Part shown: one piece after another, positions 1 to 14,000 of the stretch | Layout: each line of letters begins with the position of its first letter | Position numbering within the stretch: position 1 is the stretch's first letter | NCBI GenBank assembly: GCA_025201805.1 | Contig: MU619239.1 | Span: 72,406 to 136,405, forward strand | Origin: Parasitella parasitica NRRL 2501 | Taxonomy: Eukaryota; Fungi; Mucoromycota | Reading direction: 5' to 3' | Length of the DNA stretch: 64,000 bases | Notes under the pieces: model-generated | Seen by the model: only the letters and a program-made list of their open reading frames with translations | Databases searched by the model: none | Told to the model about the DNA's origin: nothing | Position numbers and translations under genes: made by a program

Positions 1-191
1 AATGGTGCAATAAGCATTCATAATATATCAGAAAATCTTGATGAGTTCTTTAATTAAAACAGATACACATGTATCATAAAATATATCATTTCTGCACTAG
101 TTTTTTTCGTTTCCCTCATAGACATTGTCTCAATAAAGTTAAAAAATTTCTTTTACGCATATTCTGATCCAAACTTTATTTATTTTACTGG

Positions 192-330
192 GAGCGACTT
201 TGATCAAAAATAACTCCAGTTATTTGTGATTATTTTCCCAAATAACTCGGGTTATAAGCTAAGTCGCCATATCGGAGGTGGAAACTTTGTCGACTTTTGT
301 CGACTTTTGGCGACTTTGAAAATTTATAAT
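192..330. repeat. Clustered CGACTTT motifs (10-bp period array with an inverted copy); possible end of a degenerate non-autonomous transposon
   Basis: CGACTTTTG(T/G) three times at 291-317. Inverted aagtcgcca (261-269) pairs with tggcgactt (308-316). Further copies near 195 and 699. Confidence 0.35.
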
Positions 331-1206
331 TTCAGTTGTAGTTATTAGATATCAAACCATGATACTTTTTTGGATAACGACAAGCTTTCTTTCGCTCATA
401 ATAATTTTAGTATACTCATTCATATTGCTGTGATATTTTATAAAAGCAAATAATATTATACCAACTGGAAGAATGAAATGATAACTTTTTTATTGTCATA
501 TTTGTTTGTCGGTTTTGCCTTCTTATTAACTGGAGGTTGAATCTTATCTCCACAATTCCAATATAGACACTGACATTCATGGAATTGTAGAAAGACTTTT
601 AGAAATCAGGACCAGAACAATCCTGGCTTCCTTTTTCAATCATTAGTAAAGACCCTGCGTACTTTTTGATATAATCGCTTGTAGTCACTTTATTTAATCG
701 ACTTTGAAAATAATAATCGTTATTCATATCGGAAAACTACGAATTAACCCCAAAAAGCCACGTAATAAGTGAGGATCATTTGAGAAACATTTATAGTATT
801 ATAGGGATATTGCGATATGAGTCCAATGAATGTTGCCATTCCAATTGAGCCATCCCACCGTCCGCATTAAATTGAAGTACTCAATAAATAACAATGTTTT
901 CCAAAAATAGCCCGTTGTAGGCGTAGGCCAGTGTATCTGGAGAATATAATAGGTGAATCAGATACGCACATTTTCTCACCAAATTTATAGTAGACTAGTC
1001 CGGCAAAATCACAAGTGATTAGTGATCAGTATCGGTACCAAACGCAAAAAAAAAAAATTATTGCAGGTCGACATTTGTATAGATTGAGACCCTCATCCTC
1101 ACCTCATGTTAATCGCCATAAACTAATTTGCTTTCACGAATGTATTAGACTTGATTTTCAAGACGCTGTTTTGTCAAAAGGTAAGTTTTATTATATTGTT
1201 TTCCAT

Positions 1207-3625
1207 CTACGCAACACGACGAGCGTTATTGCTCTTATCTACTTGAAATCCTTCTATGCTATCGTCATCATCATTATTGGACTCATCGTTCAACAAGTTG
1301 TCAAATTCGAATGCATCTTCTTCGGTAGGTTTCGAATAATTCAATTGTGCTGTACTCAACATGTACTTTTTAACAATGAAAGCTGTACTAGCTATGCTGG
1401 CAATCATAAATAGAGAAACAATACCATAGACAACGTAAGCTTTATTCGGCTTGGGTTCTTCTTGCTGGTCCAAAAATAATTGATTTTTTTGCTGATCATC
1501 TTGATCTGATTCAAAATCGTCCACGCCAATATTTGGTCCATCGCTTTCTTGATCGTTTTGCATTGGTTTTGGTTCATAGCCCTCCAATAGTTCTCCCCAC
1601 AACGTCAATTTCCAGTCAATGAATTTGCCTGTGTTTTCGGGGTGTTTGCCGTCTACTATACGCAAGGTCCACTCACCAACCGGGTCTTCTTCCCAGTGCT
1701 TTACAGTCATGAATGTCCAATCCTTTAAACCTTCAGTACTCTTGTCAAACTGGCGGGGTGACCCTAATTGGCTAACGATGCCATGAGGGCTTTCTAACAA
1801 TATTTCCAAATCACCACGTCTTTCATGCTCAATATTCACAGTGGCCGTAACATGTTCTAGTCGACCTAGTCCCACATCATCCAACATATCTTTTGTCACT
1901 GATAATGAAGTTGTAAATGCTTTTTCTTTTTCAATAGTGCCGTTAAAGGAAGTAGCTGGTGTTAAATCAGGAATGTCCTGCTTCTCATTGTCAGGATTAA
2001 TAATAGACAAGACTTCCAGACTGGTCTGTGCACGTACAGTCTCAAATTTCTTGGCTAATTCTACAATACGATACGCATCTAAAACGCCATAGCCAAATTT
2101 GTGATTAAACATACGCCCAGAGGGGAGCTTGGACCAGTCATCATCATGTAACGATATAGGCACAGCTGATTGTACGCACAAATGTTGCAAATCACGCCAT
2201 GTCAAATCTGGTCGTACAGATAAAACCAACGCAAACACGCCTGCTGCCAATGGCGCAGCAGCAGACGTACCACCATGTCGATCAGAGCAACTAGTATCAC
2301 CCACGTCTGTCGTGTACTATCATTGTATCATAAATATAAGCAACATTGACGAGAGAGTTTCTGTCACTTACAATATAGCCACCACTTCCACTGGAATAAG
2401 TTACAACTAATTGTGCCGCACATTTTTCAGAATAATAAGGATGATTGCCCTGCTTGTCAATTGCACCCACAGTAATAGTGTACAAACTATTCGTATAGCC
2501 ATCAAAATTGCAGTTATCATCGTGAGTGCCTCCATTTCCTGAAGCAAAAACAAAAATGGAACCAGTGCCGTTTCTGCCTTTATAAATACCATTCTTGATA
2601 GCGTCTAGAATAATGCCTTGAGGTGCCTCGGCGACCTCACCTGAGTCTGCTGGCCCCCAAGAACAGCTATATATCGAATTTTCCTGATACGCATAATTGA
2701 GTGCAGCTGCTTCATCTGCTTCTGTGATGTCGCCTGACAAGATACGGATACCAGCCACCTTGGCGTCATAGGCAACGCCAATGCCACACACATCATTTTT
2801 GACAGCTGCAATTTCACCGGCACATCGAGTCCCATGTGTATCATCGTTTAACCTCGGTCTAGGTTCGTCAGTATGATCGTTAAAGTCATATGACCCTTTT
2901 GCAAACTACAGTTTTGCTCTAAATGAGTTTCGAATGCAACTCACAGAAATACGCATACTAACGTAATTATCCTGCAGATCCGGATGGTTCATTTCTAACC
3001 CATCATCTAAGATGGCCACTACCACATTTTTGCCTGTGATTCCTTGACTCCATACGCCTGTTACATTCACATCATGGCCCCGCTCTTCTCTATTAATCTA
3101 TGCATAACACAAATAAATACAGAAAATCAGAAGAATATTTAATTTATACATTACTAGATGCCATTGACGGTCAAAACCAGGGTCTTTTATCGACAGAGCG
3201 TCCTTCACAAGCTGGAATCCGTTGGGATCATCAAGTGAAGGTAATGGTATAGTTTCACCGTTCAATCTGTATTCGTCATTCTTGTTTTCGATAACAGGCG
3301 GTGGGGCTCGTTTGTGTAGGCGTTTAGGTATTTGAGGTTGAACATCAACCACCATGGAATCAAAACTTCGTTTAAGCTTTTTATAGTGCTGTAGCACGTC
3401 TTTGCTATCTTTTGATATACTCATCCAATAATACTGACTTAGTTCGCCCACTTGGCCTTCTATTTGGCCACCCATTTCATGGGCTATTAGGTCTGCTGAA
3501 ATTCTGTCGTTGGGTTTCAGGGTATGAACTGTATAGTAGGAGCGTTTGCTGTAATCTCTCTTGTCGATTGCCCATGTGGAATGGAACAGTAATACAGCAA
3601 AGGTCAAAAGCAAAGTTCTTTTCAT
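1207..3625 (-). CDS. KEX2: Kexin (Kex2/furin-like S8 proprotein convertase), multi-exon
   Basis: Signal peptide and prodomain ending LHKR. Catalytic motifs ILDDG, HGTRCAGEIA, GNGG and GGTSAAAP. P-domain (EHVTATVNIEHERRGDL), TM helix and acidic tail. GT-AG introns, e.g. 3098-3154. Confidence 0.96.
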
Positions 3626-4166
3626 CTGTTATAACATGTACAGTAGAGAAGGAAAAGAGCAAGAACGGTTACATCCAAGGTATTCTTGAAATGCAGCTTG
3701 AGAATTTGTTTAGGGTGTCTGTATCACGTTTGCAAGAGCATCTTTACTAGCTGTTAAATACGCTCATAGTAGTTGCATAGCGACTAATTCTATACATCAA
3801 GAAAAATCAAAGCAGCTTGAACTTTTACACGCATCATTTATATGTGCAGTTGGCTCTTTCCTCTCTCTCTTTCTCACTCTTCATTTCTGAAAAAAATGAT
3901 ACTCTATTCATGGTCTTGCAAGCGTTTGACATGCATGTCTATATTTTGCATATTTCAGATTTCAGATGTCATTGCAACAACAGCAGTAACCGATGCATAT
4001 CGAAGCTGGTTGTTTTTTGGTTTGAAAGCTGATTCATTGCTATTGATACTAAAATCCAAAAAGGTGCAGCACAAGTGACTTGAAAGCGACTGAAAGACGC
4101 GCTCAAATAGCAAACGCGATTCAACTAATTCTTTTTGCATCTCTTCAATTTGACAACATTTATATT

Positions 4167-5598
4167 ATGAGTCTCTGGGCAGATAAATATAAGCCAAAGA
4201 CTTTGGATCAACTCTCATACCACAAGGATTTATCCACACATTTGAAAAAAATGGTAAATCACTAGCCAGTTTTTTTCGGCCAGAAACATTAAATACAACA
4301 ACTTACAATAGGCGAACTCTGACAATTTCCCTCATATGCTTTTCTATGGTCCCTCTGGTGCTGGCAAAAAAACTCGTCTAACTGCTGTTTTAAGAGAAAT
4401 CTATGGCCCTTCAGTTGACAAGGTACAGCTGGTTGCTACTCCATTTGGATTGTGTATTTATCTTTGTTTGATAGCTTAAAGTCGAGCAACGTCAATTTGT
4501 CACAACTTCAAACCGTAAAATGCTTTTCACTGTCGTATCTAGCAACTTTCATTTGGAACTTAATCCTAGGTAAGTTTGGTCAATCCTTTCTGGGATCTTG
4601 GATCTGATTATTTGACCAGCGATTTGGGCATTTATGATCGTGTTATTGTTCAAGACATCATCAAGGGTATCGCTCAAACGCAACAAATCGATTCCAATGC
4701 CAAGCATCAATTCAAGGGTAAAAGAGAAAACAGAGCGTTTTCGGCACAGGCAGATCCTCATATCATTGACTTATAGTTGTTATTATTGATCAAGCGGATG
4801 AATTGACCAGAGAAGCGCAAGCAGCACTTCGTCGTACCATGGAAAAATATACTTCATCAATGAGACTGATTCTGTGCTGCAACAGTCTTAGTAAAATCAT
4901 TGCGCCTGTTCGATCTCGTTGTTTATTGATGCGTGTGGGTAGACCTGAAACCACTGAAATCGTGCGTGTATTGAATGACGTTGCTCACAAAGAAGGATTT
5001 GCGTTATCGAAAGAGTTGGCTGTGAATATTGCTGAGCACGCAGAAAGGAATATGCGTGCTGCTTTATTATCACTGGAAAGCACAGTAGTTCGACAGTAAG
5101 TGTTGTTTAAACGGGTAAATCCGAATGTTGCTGACATTTCGATACTCAAAAGTTCTGATCTGAGAGCGATCAGTCGACCCGACGATTTGGATTGGGAAAA
5201 AGCAATTGCAGTAGTAGCAGATGCAATTATCAAGGAACAATCAGCGAATAAATTGCTTCAGATTCGTACGCAACTTTACGATATCATCACAAAATGCATC
5301 CAACCTTCTATTATTTTGAAGAAATTAACCTTTTATTTATTGGAAAAGGTGCCTGAATCAATCAAGATCAAAATCATCGAGCAAGCCGCTTTTCACGTAA
5401 TAATTTCTGCACTTTTTATAAATATAATACTTACATTTGCATAGGAACATCGCTTGCATATTGGTAGAAAAGACATTTTTCATTTAGAGGCATTTGTTGC
5501 CAATGTGATGAATATTTATAAAAGGTAAATTATGAGGGTTTATTTCAACTAATTCTGGATCATTAAACGCTGTTGATAGGCATTTAAATAATATGTGA
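4167..5598 (+). CDS. RFC5: Replication factor C small subunit (yeast Rfc5/human RFC3), multi-exon
   Basis: [10 protein letters not shown], Walker [26 protein letters not shown] motif (VRSRCL), C-terminal IFHLEAFVA. Confidence 0.95.
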
Positions 5599-5850
5599 TT
5601 TGAGTAGTATTAGGCAATAAAACATGTATATTTCACACTCTTTCGGCAAGATAATTTATCAAGTACTGGATGTTGCCATATTCCATATCACGAACAAACA
5701 TACAAAATTTGCTGTATAATGGGAGATTGTCCAAGGCACATTATGTCTTTTGAAAATCAATAAGCTAAAATAAGAATTAAGGAGAAATACACTAAACTAT
5801 CAAAGGAACCAATGAAAACGGGAAATCATTTGATGAATTGTTAAAGTGTT

Positions 5851-6703
5851 TTAGAATGGCCTTGTTCTACCTGAAAAAGGCCTTGAATCTTCATCATCGT
5901 CATCATCATCTTCGTTCATTTCATCATAACCAGCAAAATTCAACTCTTCGTCGACAACAGCTGTCATTTTGGAGTAACGAGTTTTACCCATGAAGACGTA
6001 ATAACATGTAATTACATGGGCAAAATAAAGCTAAGAAAAGGCTCTCAGTTTTCTCTCCAAGAAATCAGATTCTTGGTATACTTACATGAATAAATCGAAC
6101 TAGACATAAAATAACAATACTAACAATGCTTTCAGCCCTGAATGAATCATCGTGCTGTTGCTTTTGTTCAGGATCATTTTCTAGTTCTGGTAAACTATGG
6201 TCGGTATATATAAACCATTGTACACTAAACACAATAGTGGTGATGGTGCTAACGATAAAATCAACCCAATATAGCAAGGTAAACCATCGAATAAAGTTGA
6301 ATTTATCCTGTATAAAAAATGAGTAAGCGAAAGTTTTTTTGTCCGTTGTAGATGATTTTACTCTGCTGAGACTATAGAGTCCAAAACCGAATACAAATAA
6401 TGCCAAGAGCGAATAAACATGGACACAAACGACAAATATATTACTGTAGTCGAGCGAGATTAATCCATAAAATCCAGATAACTTATTCAGCTGTACGAGG
6501 TTGAGAATGTGAGTTAATCAAGAGTTTTTGCTCTACAAAGAATTGTATATCTTCTTACAAGTCCAATTATCGTTATTAAATAAACACCTAATTCAATTTC
6601 ATTATAACTGATGGTCAAAATACATTTTCTATAAGAGTTTTTCGTTACCTGTCTTCAAGGGAATGAAGAAGCAGCAATTTCTGGATTGTGAAAATATAGC
6701 CAT
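5851..6703 (-). CDS. KEI1: Inositol phosphorylceramide synthase regulatory subunit Kei1-like (DUF1753), multi-exon
   Basis: Spliced N-terminus MAIFSQSRNCCFFIPLKTGVYLITIIGL-LNKLSGFYGLI, about four TM helices, ESIVSIVIL..RFIH motif. Confidence 0.75.
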
Positions 6704-6968
6704 ACTTTATTTAAGCCTATTTTTCTTGGAAAACAAAATACAAAGGAGAATACTAAAAAGTGCTCAAAGAAAAAGGTTGTGAATTGTGCTCGGGAGAACC
6801 GGCTGTCTGGATCCAGTGCAAGTGTGTATTGCCATTCTTCCCTTTAAATCGTCACATTTGCCTCTTCTTCACCCTCTTCTTACAGCAAGAAACAGTATAC
6901 AACAGCTTTTCAATAGAAAAATCCTTTTTTTCTTTACCTCTGTATTGCTCTTTTCCCCTGTCAAATTC

Positions 6969-8228
6969 ATGTTCAAATACCTTACAAACCGATGCAAAGA
7001 ATTAGAGAAGCAGCAAGAGTGTTTCAACACAATATCAATAGAAGAAACAAGTTTTCCGACAGCCAGCAGCTCGTCTATTATAATAGACACCACCACATCT
7101 CGCAGAGACTGTCCTTTACTCGATTTACCCACCGAATTACTTCATCGCATCTTCATATATGCACAGAATCCAGTACTAGTTATTACTTGCAGTCGATTTT
7201 GGAGCTTAGGACAATTAGCTATACTTCGAGCAGACTATTTAATGCATCGCTATGGTCCGACGGGTGTACTAGGCGAGACATCCATGCGGCGACACATTGT
7301 GTCACTCCCTACGATCTATCAATTACTGAAACTAGGCTGTGATCCTACTGCCGATGATAGCTGGTTATTTATCAAGGGGTGTGAGCTAGGACAGGTCGAT
7401 CTATGTAGAAAAATTTTACAAATGGACCATTGTAATGTAGCGCATATGCTTAATTTAGCGGCTATGCAAGGCTCCATTGGCGTAGTCGATCTATTAGCCA
7501 CAGAATTTGGTGCTAACGTACATCACGATACTGTTTTAGTGTTGGCCTGCCGAGAAAATCAAGTAGAATTGGTTAAATATTTGGTTGAAACTTTCAAAAT
7601 TTCTGTTCATGCTCATAGTGAACGTCAACTGAGGAACGCATGCTTGCGCGGATCTGTAGAGCTTGTGGCATTCTTGCTACAGGGAGCGGATGTACACGCT
7701 TATAACGATACTGCTATACAGAATGCAGTGTATAAAGGGCTCAGTAGTATAGTTGTATTACTGTTGGAAGCTGGAGCTCATGCCGATGTCAACGATAATG
7801 TTTGTATAAAGCACGCTATCAAGAAAAATGATTTACGCATGGTCAAATGCTTGGTCGAGAAAGGTGGGGTTGACCCAAGATGTAATCACGATTGGCCTTT
7901 AAAAGAAGTCTGTCGAAGAGGGCTGGATGACATACTTTTATATCTAATTCCAATAGTGCATACTGGTATTGACATTGGAGATGGTGTTTTATTAGAATTG
8001 GCACTAGTGCACGATCAATTGGATACGTTGAAAGTGCTACTAAGTAACGGCGCAAATCTCAATTGTGATGGTGTTGTTCGAGGATTGACATACATAGTCA
8101 ATCCCCAGAAGAAATATAAGCACAAGGACAAGATGATCCAGTATTTGCTGGATGCAGGGCTCAGATTAAACCGACAAACTGATGGTGTATTTGTGATGCC
8201 AGAGAACAAAATAACATCATACATTTGA
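6969..8228 (+). CDS. F-box-like plus ankyrin-repeat protein, intronless
   Basis: LLDLPTELLHRIF (F-box-like) followed by many ankyrin repeats (AAMQGSIGVVDLL, GADVHA, LLLEAGAHAD). First ATG is at 6969. Confidence 0.8.
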   Translation: MFKYLTNRCKELEKQQECFNTISIEETSFPTASSSSIIIDTTTSRRDCPLLDLPTELLHRIFIYAQNPVLVITCSRFWSLGQLAILRADYLMHRYGPTGVLGETSMRRHIVSLPTIYQLLKLGCDPTADDSWLFIKGCELGQVDLCRKILQMDHCNVAHMLNLAAMQGSIGVVDLLATEFGANVHHDTVLVLACRENQVELVKYLVETFKISVHAHSERQLRNACLRGSVELVAFLLQGADVHAYNDTAIQNAVYKGLSSIVVLLLEAGAHADVNDNVCIKHAIKKNDLRMVKCLVEKGGVDPRCNHDWPLKEVCRRGLDDILLYLIPIVHTGIDIGDGVLLELALVHDQLDTLKVLLSNGANLNCDGVVRGLTYIVNPQKKYKHKDKMIQYLLDAGLRLNRQTDGVFVMPENKITSYI

Positions 8229-9364
8229 TTTTGTAAATATTGTATGTGCATGTATATATTTTATGTTCTTTATACCATATTTTTGTTATTTTTATTCGTA
8301 TTGCGTTCTTGTTCTTCATATTTTTCGCTTTTCAAAGCAAGAAGAGGAATATTTTCCCAAGGACCAGTTTATTTTTTATACAATCTACTTAATATTAATG
8401 TGTAAACTTGATAATATCCTGCCCTTTATAAATGTTGATAAGAATATATAGCGTTTGCGCGAATGTTCAATATGAACCTCGTGCCATAACAATAGAGTTG
8501 GGTTTCTATAGAATAAAAGAAAACTTTAGCGTAGAATAATGTCGATCTTGAAAGTTTTAAATAGTTTTCTCTCAAAGTTTACAACTATAATTCTTTTTTT
8601 GTGTACCTAATTAATTACTCGGTCCAGGGTTCCAGAGAGCCAACGAGTGTCATAATCTTAATCCTTGGCCTTACTATCATTCGTGGTCAAAAATGCCTTC
8701 AAGAGCGAGGTATGGTTACCGAGGTCTAGATTAGTGCATCAAATTCGTTATCGTTATGCAAGTGTGTTTCTATATGTACATGAAATAATATTTTGTATAG
8801 CCAATTTCTTTTCTATTTATTGTTACTTGATCTTAAAACATCATTCTGTTTTTAGTCTAAACTGTTTCACCTAATGAAATGTGGCTCCACCTCCTCTTAT
8901 TTTGGGTTATTAAGGTTCAGGCAAGCGTTTTAATTGTGAATATATATAACGCAAGTAATATATTCTACAAAAATGACATGCTATTATATAATATTATTAG
9001 CAGGACTTTTAACGATCAGAGTTTGGATTTTTCTATAAAGAAAAATGCTAAAGCAATAATTTTTTTGTTTTCCTTTTACATATTGTATCGACAAAAGAAA
9101 ATCAAAAGCCTGGTAATTGATAAAATGATTACTGAATGAATTAGAAAAAATGTGAGAAATAATGACTTATATATTGCAAAAAGCTAAAATTAATTTGTAT
9201 ACAATCTTTTATTTTATGAGAATGTATAGAATTAAACGCTAGAGTTTTTACTTTAAGAAAAAAAAAAGATGCCTATGTGTTGAAATAATGATAATAAATG
9301 AAAATGCATTGTAGTATAGCGATTAGTTTGGGAGAAGGGTTGTATTTTTTACTTGGTTCTGCTT

Positions 9365-10585
9365 TTATAAACGATTTCTTGAAAAAGATTCATGTGCAGT
9401 GGAAATTTGCTGACGGAAAGCATGAATCTGAGATGTTGTGCAGTTGCTAATGACAGCTGTGGGTGACACATTTCGTAAAGGCGGTAATTTGATAGGAAAT
9501 GAAACTGAGCATGTGGGTGAGGTAGTGATACGAGTCATTAAGATGGGTTCTCTCACCACTGGCTCTGTGCAGAATTTACCAAAACCTTGGAGAGCTTCAA
9601 ATTCATCGGGCGTAATATCAATACCATCAGCCTTGAAACGAGATTGTGATGAAGATGATATATTATCATGGAATTCTTCATCAGCCTCTTCATCAGAAGT
9701 CGTATCAGATGAATTAGAAGAAGGTGTATTGTAGCTATGACATAGTTCTTGAATAGGAGTCGAAAGATCAATGTAGGACAGACGTCTTCTCAACGTGGTG
9801 AGTGCGGTTTCACTGTGCATGGAATTTTTGCGTGATTGAGATTGATGTTGAGGGCGCTGAAAATAGTCAGTGGGTGTTACAGACGAGGAGAGATTTTTTA
9901 GAAGCTGCGCAGTACAATTGAAATCTGAGGGAAGAACAGGCATTGTCATCGTATGTGATTTGTGAGATGAGGTTGGAGAAACAGGAGTATCATAATACAT
10001 TGGACTCCATTCACTTTCATTTTGATGTTGGAATAAAGGGCTAGTAGATTGTTTATATGCGTTAAGGCCCTTATTGTGCTTGGCAAAATCTTTATCATAG
10101 CTGCGAGATGTTGATTGTTGCTGATGATGATTGTAGAAGTTTAAAAACTTCTCATCATTTGCCAAGTGATGATGATTTCCCATCATAATAGTGCTCGTTG
10201 AAGGAGAGCTTGGTAATGAAGGCACATGCATCATACCTGGATCCTCAGCAATAGACATTGGTGAAAGATTTCCTTCAGACGAATCGCAAGAGTCCTTCTT
10301 TTTTGAACGATTATGGGTATGCGTATGTTGCATCATATTATCAAATCTACTAAACATTCGGTCACAATTAGGCACAACACATTTGAAGGGTTTCTGTTAA
10401 AAAATAGACGTAAGTTGACTTGTCATTTAACTGCAATTACTAACGTTTACCTCTCCTGTATGTTTTCTGGCATGTCTAGCCAAGTGCTCGCTTCTAGTAA
10501 AGACCATATCACAATTGCCAAATCCTGTACATTTGAACAATTTAGGTTCAGATTTACGCCCTGATGTTCTTTTCTTTTGTGGCAT
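9365..10585 (-). CDS. C2H2 zinc-finger transcription factor (Usv1/Nsf1-like finger pair)
   Basis: [29 protein letters not shown], intron 10394-10450, then [27 protein letters not shown]. Low-complexity S/Q/H-rich tail. Confidence 0.9.
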
Positions 10586-11060
10586 GATGCTTTTAGAGCT
10601 TGATGTTGAGATGGCTGATGTATTAAAAGAAGACAATTTGAATGAATTGAATATTAATTAAATATTAAATACAAAATTATTGTTGGTATTTTCAATGAAC
10701 AAACTGTCAGAAGAAAAAAAACTAAAAAATAAGGGAGATAATAAATCGAAAAAAACTAAGGGAAAGGGATGTTGCTCCTACAATTTATTCCATTTCTTTG
10801 AATTTTTTTTTTTTTTACTGGGACTATGTTTTAATTTTAGTTTTTTCCTTCACTACTTTCCCTACAGAATGACACCGTCATGCAATCGCACTGCTTGTCC
10901 AGGGCACAATCTAAAAAAAAATTTATTTCAATCACCTTTTCAAGACTTTTTTTTCTTTCTCAAAATGTCTCAGAAAAGAAGAGAAAGGATCTAAGTTTCA
11001 AGGGCGGTTCAATCGAATAAATTATCTCATGCTTATCCAAATATCTCTTTTCGTGTGTTT

Positions 11061-14000
11061 TTATTTTTTGGTTAGAATATTTACAGCGCCAGAGTATCTG
11101 TGAATCAAAAAAAAGATGTTCATTAATCAGCCTCCTTTTTCATTGTACCTTTGTACACCCTACCGTGCGTTTTGACCATATCGTTGCGATGTGATACAGA
11201 TAGCATCAGCACCCAATGAGCCTATCTGAGACCCAAATCGTGCCTATATTTTTATGAAATCGTCAAAACAACCTCCCAATTTCAGGTACACACCAGTGTA
11301 TAACTCCGCTTATAACTCCGACATCAAACGGTTTACTGACTTACTAATAAATCCTGATTATTTCTAATACATTCAATTCCATGAGGCTCTTTATATGACC
11401 ATCGATAAACACGGCCATTTTCTGTACTGTAATCAGTATTCATACACATCAAATTATCGAATCATTTTGGGGTCTAACCTCGTTCTGACAAAGGCTCTCC
11501 TATCCAAATTGCATCATCTTTTTCCATCAAAATCGATTGACCTAAATGCCCTGCGTTTGTACGACCTTCTATCAAACTAATCATTCCATGTTCCATATCA
11601 AAGTTTGGTAGTGGTGTGTCCTTTTGGGTTTTAGCAGCATGAATTTGTGGTTGCATAAAAGCCCAGTTATATAATCTAACAGTTCCCCCCTGCCAAAATG
11701 TTTGTAATTTTGATTTAGTTTCCTAATTTTTTTTAAAAAAAGTGAGAGATTAGGATGCATAGCATTACTGCAAAGATGCTTATACCTACTTCAGATGGAC
11801 TGGATATTGCTAAAAGGTCTTGTTTTTCATTAGAAGCCAGTATTCTATACAAGTAATTGAGTTTTTCTTTTTCCCCCTTTCCAATTCACCCCATTTAGTC
11901 TCAGGTGAAACTGCTCTTTTCTTTTTGAGCCTTACTTTCCATATTGTTGAAACTCTTTGGTGCCACTTATGATCCACTTTAATTTAAAAGTTGAGGTATC
12001 AAAGGCATAAACTCGACCAACCCGTTGCTTTCGATCCACGGAATATCCAGGAGCGCTTATTAGCAACGTATCTTGCATAATCAATATGGATTCACCAAAA
12101 TGATCATATGCATTAACATTTGGATTCTCAATTACAATATGGGGCTGTGCTAATTTGATTTCGTTATTGAGGTAAATAAAAACTTTCCCTGCCTAAGTAT
12201 GTATGTGTTGTGAGTTTTTCTTTTCTATTTTGAGAAAAGGCTAGGCAAATGAGGCCAAGAACTTACCTGAGGTCGGCTCTCAACAGGGCACAGAGGACAA
12301 CCAATCACCAAGTCTTTGAAACCGTCCTGATCCACATCGATCCCGGCCAAAACCGTTCCTAGTAATCGTTGAGAAGGAAATTGAATTCGGGTGGATGACG
12401 ATTCTGAGAGTCCAGTATGCATTTGTCCAAAATATATGTCAACTCTGTTGTTGGATGGTGCTGCAATGGCTAAATCATCTATTCCATCTTTATTTAGATC
12501 CAACACGGCCATAGACCAACCAAATCGGCCATGATGAACATCACCATGCAAAATCGTGTGTGATACATTACGTATGTCCATGTCTGCATTTGTCGTAGAA
12601 GGCGACAGATTTCTATTTACAATAAACACCGCTCCTGTTTGTGATTCATCCCTGTAATGGAATGGAGCAGAGATAACAATGTCCATTTGATCAGGCTCGA
12701 TACTACCGAAATGTCCAGACACTATTTGATGTCCTACTCTTGAAGATGACATTGGCATACTCAATGTAATTTTAGTCATTGATTCTTGGTCATTAGAGAG
12801 TGGCAGACATTGCTGCTTGTAGCTGCTATACGATAAGGGCCGTGGATTCGTCTTTTCTTTATCCAGGTTCGGATGGCCAAAAAACGGGCGTTGAATTGTA
12901 GCATGCTTCAATGTGTGTGACACAGTAGTGGTAACAAGCGGAAGTAAATCATCCTGATTGGTGTCGTGTATTTGTTTTGTTTTGTTGACAGTGAGTGTCA
13001 GTACACCTGTTATAGCGTCATAATCTTGGTGAATCTCGTGTGTGTAGGGCTTTCCTCTGGCATGAAACGGTGATTGAATACCATGATGCAAACAAGCTGT
13101 TTTTGCTGTATTAAAAAAGTAACTAGCGCATAGAGTATCTGGATGACTGTGATGCGCACCATGTTCAAAGGCATTGACGAGTTCCGGATAGCAATCTGAT
13201 ACGCTGCCAGCTAAGTCTTCGATACCTATTTTCCACACTAGTTGATTTCTTATTTTCATGAGAAACCAATGTTATACATACCTCCCTGGTAGTAATCATA
13301 TAATTCTTCCGTTAAGAATGGGCTTTTTGATCCATAGTATCCAAACATCAATTGACCAAACTCAACATCAATTTTGGAAGCAGCAAAAGCAGCCGTCATG
13401 CAATATTGAATGTGCGATGCAAGGGGTATTCTCTGGCCAGTAGGATTATAAAGCCGTTTATAAATCTCAATTATATCGTTAACAGGCACCTTCCAAGTTT
13501 CGTTCAAGTATGACAGCTTGTTAGAATGTCTCAATGTAAATTCTGCACCGGTGTCAGCGGCAATATGTGATTCTTCTGTGTTCCCATGAAAATCCGATTT
13601 TGCCATTGCTACAACAAAATAATCTTGAAGGCCGCTTAAGCTATGCCATTTTACGTCTGCCATGCCATGCGACATAACGGCAAATACAAAAGATATTAAC
13701 CCCTATGTAATCATTTTTTTTCATATCAGCATGCTGATTTGAACAGTGCATACATATCTACATACCTTGACATGTGTATCCGAGTGGAATTGAGATGCTG
13801 GGTATGTTTCTCGGATATAATTAACCGCCGTTTTTATAAATGCTGGCCAATGGGCTGAGAATTTATGCATTAATAGCAGCCTTATGATACCAGCACATTA
13901 TCAATATTTACCATCTTCTGATTGTTGATTATTCCCCAAGCACTGATATCCCCTATTTATTAAGATATTGAAGTAGTCAATGAAATGATGTTAATATATA

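Noticed and set aside
4577-4618. 7-bp inverted repeat at the ends of an RFC5 intron
   Set aside because: Too short to distinguish from chance.
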